Positions 58,725 to 64,000 of a stretch of DNA of 64,000 nt are shown here, one piece after another (within the stretch, counting starts at the first letter, position 1; the number at the start of each line of letters is the position of its first letter). The position numbers and the translations under genes were made by a program. This DNA is from Patescibacteria group bacterium (GTDB taxonomy: Bacteria > Patescibacteriota > Patescibacteriia > XYB2-FULL-38-15), in NCBI GenBank assembly GCA_041650995.1, contig JBAZJZ010000002.1:13344-77343 (forward strand). The letters are read 5' to 3'. The notes under the pieces are model-generated. The model did no database searches. It worked only from the letters and a program-made list of their open reading frames with translations, and had not been told where the DNA came from.

Positions 58725-60044
58725 TTATTTATTGAACATTTTTTTTCGGCGCAGAAGTCTGTGATAGCCAATAGCAAAACGGTGGGCTTCGTCGCGGACT
58801 CGGAGCAAAATATCTTTGTGCAGTTCGGCGACGCGGACAAGCTCGGGGTTGTCTTTATTGGCAATCAGCCGGTCTTGCTTTCGGTCAAAACCTTTGGCAA
58901 TGCCAAGAACAGGAATTTTTAATTTATGTTCATCAAGAATTTCCCGGACGGCATTAATTTGTCCCCAGCCGCCGTCAACCAGAATTAAATTTGGCAAAGG
59001 CCAAATTTTTGAATTATGAAGTATGAAGTATGAATTATGGTTTTTGGGTTCCTTAATTTTTGATTCATAATTCTTGATTCTCCGTAATCTGCGCGACAAA
59101 ACTTCTCTTATCATCGCTACATCATTTGCTCCACTAACCGTCTTAATCTTGAACCTGCGGTATGCATTTTTGTTTGGCTTGCCATCTTCAAAAACAACCA
59201 TACTTCCCGTCGCCGCAGTACCGCTGATGTTGGAAATATCATAACCTTCAACTCGGCCGAAAACATTAATGCCAGATTCTCGGTTTTTAAATTTTGATTC
59301 TTCTTTGATGACGGCCACGTCCTGAATATGCTCCAAAGAAAAAACTTGATTGCGAAGTCGCGCAGCTATTTCAAAGCCTTCATGCCGGCTCGCGGCGGCC
59401 ATTTCTTTTTTTAAATTTTTAATGATTTTTTCTTTTTTTCCTTCAAAAAATAAAATCAAATTGCGGATAAGGCGGCGATAATCTTTAGATGAAATAAGAT
59501 CAGCGCAGGGTGCCGGGCATTGTTTTAAATGGTAATGCAAACAGGACAGTTTTGGCATAACGACGCAATCGCGGAAAGGGAAAATGCGGCGGCGTAAGAT
59601 ATCTAACGCGGCGCGAAGAGAAGAGGCGCTGGTGTACGGACCAAAAAGTTTAGAGATTTGTTTTTTTTCTTTGGGCGTCATTCTCTCCAATTCCAAACCG
59701 CGCAATAAAAATATTCTCGGAAATTTTTCTTTGGTAAAAGCTACGTATAAAAACGATCTGTCGTCTTTTTCCTTTACATTATATTTTGGCAAATATTTTT
59801 TAATAAGATTGGCTTCCAAAATCAATGCTTCAATTACAGTGGGAGTTTTTTTATAATCAATATCCGCTATTTCTTGAACCAATTTTTCAATTCTAACATC
59901 GTGCGGCCGATCAAAATAACTTTTGACGCGATCGCGGAGAGAAGTGGCCTTGCCGACATAAATAATTTTCCCCGCGGCATTTTTCATTAAATACGCGCCT
60001 GGGGTTTTGGGGAATTTTTTTATTTTGTTTTTTAATTCTGACAT
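58725..60044 (-). CDS. uvrC: Excinuclease ABC subunit C (UvrC), start at MSELKNKIKK
   Basis: GIY-YIG motif PKTPGAYLMKNAAGKIIYVGKATSLRDRV; ORF-track N-terminal 123 aa (to 60413) rejected as read-through across the high-GC insert. Confidence 0.8.
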   Translation of the reverse strand: MSELKNKIKKFPKTPGAYLMKNAAGKIIYVGKATSLRDRVKSYFDRPHDVRIEKLVQEIADIDYKKTPTVIEALILEANLIKKYLPKYNVKEKDDRSFLYVAFTKEKFPRIFLLRGLELERMTPKEKKQISKLFGPYTSASSLRAALDILRRRIFPFRDCVVMPKLSCLHYHLKQCPAPCADLISSKDYRRLIRNLILFFEGKKEKIIKNLKKEMAAASRHEGFEIAARLRNQVFSLEHIQDVAVIKEESKFKNRESGINVFGRVEGYDISNISGTAATGSMVVFEDGKPNKNAYRRFKIKTVSGANDVAMIREVLSRRLRRIKNYESKIKEPKNHNSYFILHNSKIWPLPNLILVDGGWGQINAVREILDEHKLKIPVLGIAKGFDRKQDRLIANKDNPELVRVAELHKDILLRVRDEAHRFAIGYHRLLRRKKMFNK

Positions 60045-60095
60045 ATTGACATTTTTATTTTTTTGTTTCAAGATTGATTTTAGAGGAGGAGACAA

Positions 60096-60365
60096 ATGAA
60101 AGTTGTATACATAAAGGAGAGAAAGCCGTGGGGGTATGTTCTTTCCCTCGTCGAGGTTGGGAGAGGTATTTCCGTTTCTACTGCCCAGGATACATTGGTG
60201 ATTGTCGGAGACGAGACGAAAGAAGCTCGCCTGCTGAAGTCGGCGATCGACCAGTTTCAGAGAATCGCGCCGGTCGCCGGTATCACTAGGGAGTTGAAGG
60301 ACCAGTGCGAAAGGTTCGGCATTGTGATCAGCTCGGGATGGAAGGTGTATCACTTTCCTTCGTAG
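60096..60365 (+). CDS. Small high-GC hypothetical protein (89 aa)
   Basis: RBS gaggaggag 6 nt before ATG; about 55% GC island; own terminator 60406-60432; lies between uvrC and uvrA on opposite strand. Confidence 0.4.
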   Translation: MKVVYIKERKPWGYVLSLVEVGRGISVSTAQDTLVIVGDETKEARLLKSAIDQFQRIAPVAGITRELKDQCERFGIVISSGWKVYHFPS

Positions 60366-60405
60366 CGATCCTGTCGTAGAATGTTCGTAGAACGTGTCCG
60401 CGCAC

Positions 60406-60432
60406 AAGACCACACTAGTGTGGTCTTTTTTT
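60406..60432 (+). terminator. Rho-independent terminator of small high-GC gene
   Basis: aagaccacactagtgtggtc plus ttttttt. Confidence 0.6.
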
Positions 60433-63019
60433 ATTTCAAAACTTTTTTCAAATATTGTCCGGTGTATGACTTTGGATTTTTTGCCAATTCTTCCGGCGTG
60501 CCGGATGCGATCAATTGTCCGCCCGCGTCTCCCCCATCTGGTCCAAGATCAATAATCCAGTCAGCTGTTTTAATAAAATCTAAATTATGTTCAATGACAA
60601 TCACGGTATTTCCCAAACTAACCAAGCGATGTAGAACTTCCAATAATTTTTCCACATCAGCGTAGTGTAAACCGACAGTCGGCTCATCCAGAATATAAAT
60701 CGTCCGGCCGGTGGAACGGCGAGCTAATTCCGCGCCAAGTTTTATTCTTTGCGCTTCGCCGCCTGATAAAGTCGTTGCGGCTTGTCCGAGGGTCAGATAT
60801 TGTAAGCCAACTTCGCGTAAGATTTTCAGACGATCATAAACCGGAGGAATATTTCGAAAAAATCCTTCCGCTTCTTCTATGGTCATTTGCAAGATGTCAT
60901 GAATATTTTTTTCTTTATATTTTATGGCTAATGTTTCCCGGTCAAAACGAGTTCCTTTGCAAACTGGGCAAGTGACATAAACCGCCGGCAGGAAATGCAT
61001 TTCAATTTTAATCAATCCGGCGCCTTCGCAATTTTCGCAACGTCCCCCCGGCACGTTAAAACTGAATCGCCCTGGCTGGTAGCCACGGGCGCGAGATTCT
61101 GGCATGGCGGCAAAAAGTTCGCGAATGTGCGTCCATGCACCAGTATAAGTTACTGGGTTAGAACGCGGCGTGCGGCCAATAGGAGATTGATCAATCACGA
61201 TAACTTTATCCAAATAATCCAATCCTTCAATTCGAGCGTGTTTTCCAATCTGCCAGTTGGTGTGATTAAGTTTATTGGAAAGTCCTTTGTAAAGAATGTC
61301 ATTTACCAAAGTGCTTTTACCCGAGCCGGAAACGCCGGTGACACAGACAAAACGCTTGAGCGGGATTCTGACATCAATATTTTTTAAATTATTTTCCGTG
61401 GCGCCGACAATTTTTATCTGCCCTGAAGAAAAATATTTATTTTTTTCATCAACATGGCGGCGTTTCTCCGGAATTTTAATAACTTTATCTCCGCGTAAAT
61501 ACGCCGCGGTCAAAGATTTTTTATCTTGCAAGACGTCGGGCATGGGACCGGCCGCGACAATTTCTCCGCCGTGCACGCCGGCGCCGGGCCCGAGATCAAC
61601 CAAATAATCAGCCATCCAAATTGTTTCCGGATCGTGTTCCACGACAATAACCGTATTGCCGATATCTCGTAAGTTCGCGAGCGTCGCCAATAATTTTTCA
61701 TTATCTTTTGGGTGTAAACCAATTGTTGGTTCATCCAAAATATAAAGCGCGCCAACTAAGCGTGAACCAACTTGCGAGGCAAGTCGGATACGCTGGGCTT
61801 CACCGCCGGAAAGTGTGCCGGCCGTGCGGCCAAGCGTTAAATATCCCAAACCAACATTTAACATAAATTCCAGCCGGTTCGTAATTTCTTTTAAAACGGT
61901 TTCCGCGATTTCAAGTTCAGTGTCATTTAATTTTTGTACAAATAATTTTGTTTTTTCTTTACCGGTTAGAGCAGTAAAAAAACTACGCGCCTCTTCAATA
62001 GACATTGTTGTCACTTCCACAATATTTTTTTTGCCAACAAAAACATGCAAACTTTCTTTTCTAAGCCTGTCTCCGCCGCAATCGGGGCAAGGTTTTTCAG
62101 AAAACAAAGATTCAGTGCCAAGGCCGTGGCAAATGGGGCAAGCGCCATAAGGGCTATTAAACGAGAAGAGACGAGGTTCAATTTCCGGAAAAGAAAAACC
62201 ATCGTCCGGGCAAGAATACTTTGATGACATTACTACTTCTTCACCATTATCCAAAATTACCGTCGCGACGCCTTCGCCGTGTTTTAAAGCTGTTTCCATA
62301 GCTTCGGCCAAGCGCGCGCGTAGGCCTTTATTATTTTCTAATGGCCAACCGAGAGTAATTTTATCCACGAGCAAATCAATATTATGTTGTTTGTATCGGG
62401 CAAGGACGATTTTGTTTCTAAGTTCTCTAAATTTTCCGTTGACGCGGACTTCGGAAAATCCGTCGTTGTATAAGTTATATAGTAATTGGTAATATTCACC
62501 CTTTCTTCCACGGACGACTGGCGCGAGAATGGCAATGCAATCACTTGATTTTGCCGCAGAAGGTTTATTTTCCCTGTGAATTTCTGAAGTTTTTTTCAAA
62601 ATCAAATCAACCATTTCTTCAACGGTCATTTTTTTAATTTCTTTCCCGCAGACCGGACAATATGGTTTGCCGACGCGGGCAAAGAGCACGCGAAGATAAT
62701 CGTAAATTTCCGTGATGGTGGCAACCGTGGAACGGGGATTAGCGCTATGGGCTTTTTGGTCAATGGAAATAGCCGGGGATAATCCTTCAATTTCATCAAC
62801 ATCGGGTTTATCCATTTGTCCTAAAAATTGTCGAGCGTAAGCCGAGAGGGACTCAACATAACGGCGTTGGCCTTCGGCAAAAATGGTATCAAAAGCCAGA
62901 CTAGATTTTCCCGAACCAGAAAGTCCGGTAAAAACCGTTAATTTATTTCTTGGGATTTCCAGAGAAACATTTTTTAAATTATGTTCCCTAGCTCCTTTTA
63001 TAATTATTTTATCTTGCAT
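60431..63019 (-). CDS. uvrA: Excinuclease ABC subunit A (UvrA)
   Basis: Two ABC modules ([14 protein letters not shown]; [15 protein letters not shown]), zinc-finger Cys pairs, LSGGEAQRI signatures. Confidence 0.95.
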   Translation of the reverse strand: MQDKIIIKGAREHNLKNVSLEIPRNKLTVFTGLSGSGKSSLAFDTIFAEGQRRYVESLSAYARQFLGQMDKPDVDEIEGLSPAISIDQKAHSANPRSTVATITEIYDYLRVLFARVGKPYCPVCGKEIKKMTVEEMVDLILKKTSEIHRENKPSAAKSSDCIAILAPVVRGRKGEYYQLLYNLYNDGFSEVRVNGKFRELRNKIVLARYKQHNIDLLVDKITLGWPLENNKGLRARLAEAMETALKHGEGVATVILDNGEEVVMSSKYSCPDDGFSFPEIEPRLFSFNSPYGACPICHGLGTESLFSEKPCPDCGGDRLRKESLHVFVGKKNIVEVTTMSIEEARSFFTALTGKEKTKLFVQKLNDTELEIAETVLKEITNRLEFMLNVGLGYLTLGRTAGTLSGGEAQRIRLASQVGSRLVGALYILDEPTIGLHPKDNEKLLATLANLRDIGNTVIVVEHDPETIWMADYLVDLGPGAGVHGGEIVAAGPMPDVLQDKKSLTAAYLRGDKVIKIPEKRRHVDEKNKYFSSGQIKIVGATENNLKNIDVRIPLKRFVCVTGVSGSGKSTLVNDILYKGLSNKLNHTNWQIGKHARIEGLDYLDKVIVIDQSPIGRTPRSNPVTYTGAWTHIRELFAAMPESRARGYQPGRFSFNVPGGRCENCEGAGLIKIEMHFLPAVYVTCPVCKGTRFDRETLAIKYKEKNIHDILQMTIEEAEGFFRNIPPVYDRLKILREVGLQYLTLGQAATTLSGGEAQRIKLGAELARRSTGRTIYILDEPTVGLHYADVEKLLEVLHRLVSLGNTVIVIEHNLDFIKTADWIIDLGPDGGDAGGQLIASGTPEELAKNPKSYTGQYLKKVLK

Positions 63020-63126
63020 ATATCGTTGACATTTTTTAATTTATTTGGAATAATTTTATTGTACGGTTTTGGTTTGCTGTTTCGGCGAACCACCGTCCGA
63101 GGAAAGAAGGAGGTGGAAAGACGGAG

Positions 63127-63201
63127 ATGGGCAAGGGGTTCTCGCGGTTCGGCTCGCAGATGGCGGGCGAGGTGACGGCGCAGGTCAAGAAGACGGCGTG
63201 A
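63127..63201 (+). CDS. Possible 24-aa high-GC peptide MGKGFSRFGSQMAGEVTAQVKKTA
   Basis: RBS gaaggaggtgg 8 nt upstream; within about 280-bp island of about 62% GC between uvrA and uvrB; followed by hairpin plus T run (about 63340-63380). Confidence 0.25.
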   Translation: MGKGFSRFGSQMAGEVTAQVKKTA

Positions 63202-63326
63202 CGCGGTGATCCCGCTGGAGGTGAACGTCGGGGTGCCCCTGACACGGGACGGAGATCGTCGGTTTAGCGGCAAAGCGTCGCTACAGAAATGTGAACCGGC
63301 GAAAATTCCGGCAGCCCTTAAGAGAA

Positions 63327-64000
<674 letters not shown>

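Noticed and set aside
58725-60413. ORF-track N-terminal 123 codons of uvrC (MVLCADTFYEHSTTG...)
   Set aside because: It reads antisense through the high-GC small gene with no uvrC homology. The conserved UvrC N-terminus (GIY-YIG) begins at MSELK (60044).

Overview
This is a low-GC (about 38%) bacterial chromosome segment. A compact AT-rich genome, a 16S gene with an expansion insertion and no adjacent 23S, giant surface proteins and a split polA suggest a CPR/Patescibacteria-type organism; that is inference. The housekeeping backbone reads: SMC C-terminus, then rpsP, a KH-domain protein and trmD. Next comes a 16S rRNA with two upstream sigma70-like promoters, followed by tRNA-Ile/Phe/Pro, a hypothetical gene, tRNA-Gly, a ZIP transporter, a CBS protein, a 3D-domain protein and tRNA-Ala(UGC). 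Then follow a split DNA pol I (5'-3' exonuclease and polymerase ORFs), holA, rpsT(-), rmuC(-) and two tRNAs. After the accessory block come tRNA-Ala(GGC), ychF, an RNA methyltransferase(-), rpsF-ssb-rpsR and epmA-efp. The minus strand then carries recA, a RodZ-like protein, ftsK, a GT2 plus GT-C glycosylation cluster, PGI/PMI, and uvrC-uvrA-uvrB.

Two things stand out. (1) At 15.3-43.3 kb there is a large accessory cell-surface locus that begins at a tRNA-Ala(CGC) flanked by partial tRNA copies and a frameshifted LAGLIDADG endonuclease gene. It encodes paralogous secreted proteins, an Fn3 plus dockerin protein, and a cohesin-like protein with CarboxypepD_reg domains. It also encodes a 3151-aa membrane-anchored YG-repeat fibre protein and an 823-aa paralogue that share N- and C-terminal modules, plus an O-antigen-ligase/TPR membrane protein. 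(2) There are six sharply demarcated high-GC (about 60-68%) plus-strand genes, each with its own GGAGG ribosome-binding site and terminator, dropped into intergenic gaps. Three lie in tandem at 37.3-40.9 kb with near-identical roughly 60-nt promoter and roughly 65-nt terminator modules. They encode lipoproteins: a PEGA-domain protein, a metzincin metalloprotease, and a Cys-rich repeat/PSI/DNRLRE-like protein. A GC-rich hairpin motif (consensus tcccgcagNNctgcggga) recurs just upstream of several of these genes and also upstream of the 16S rRNA and rpsF. No CRISPR array or integrase was seen.
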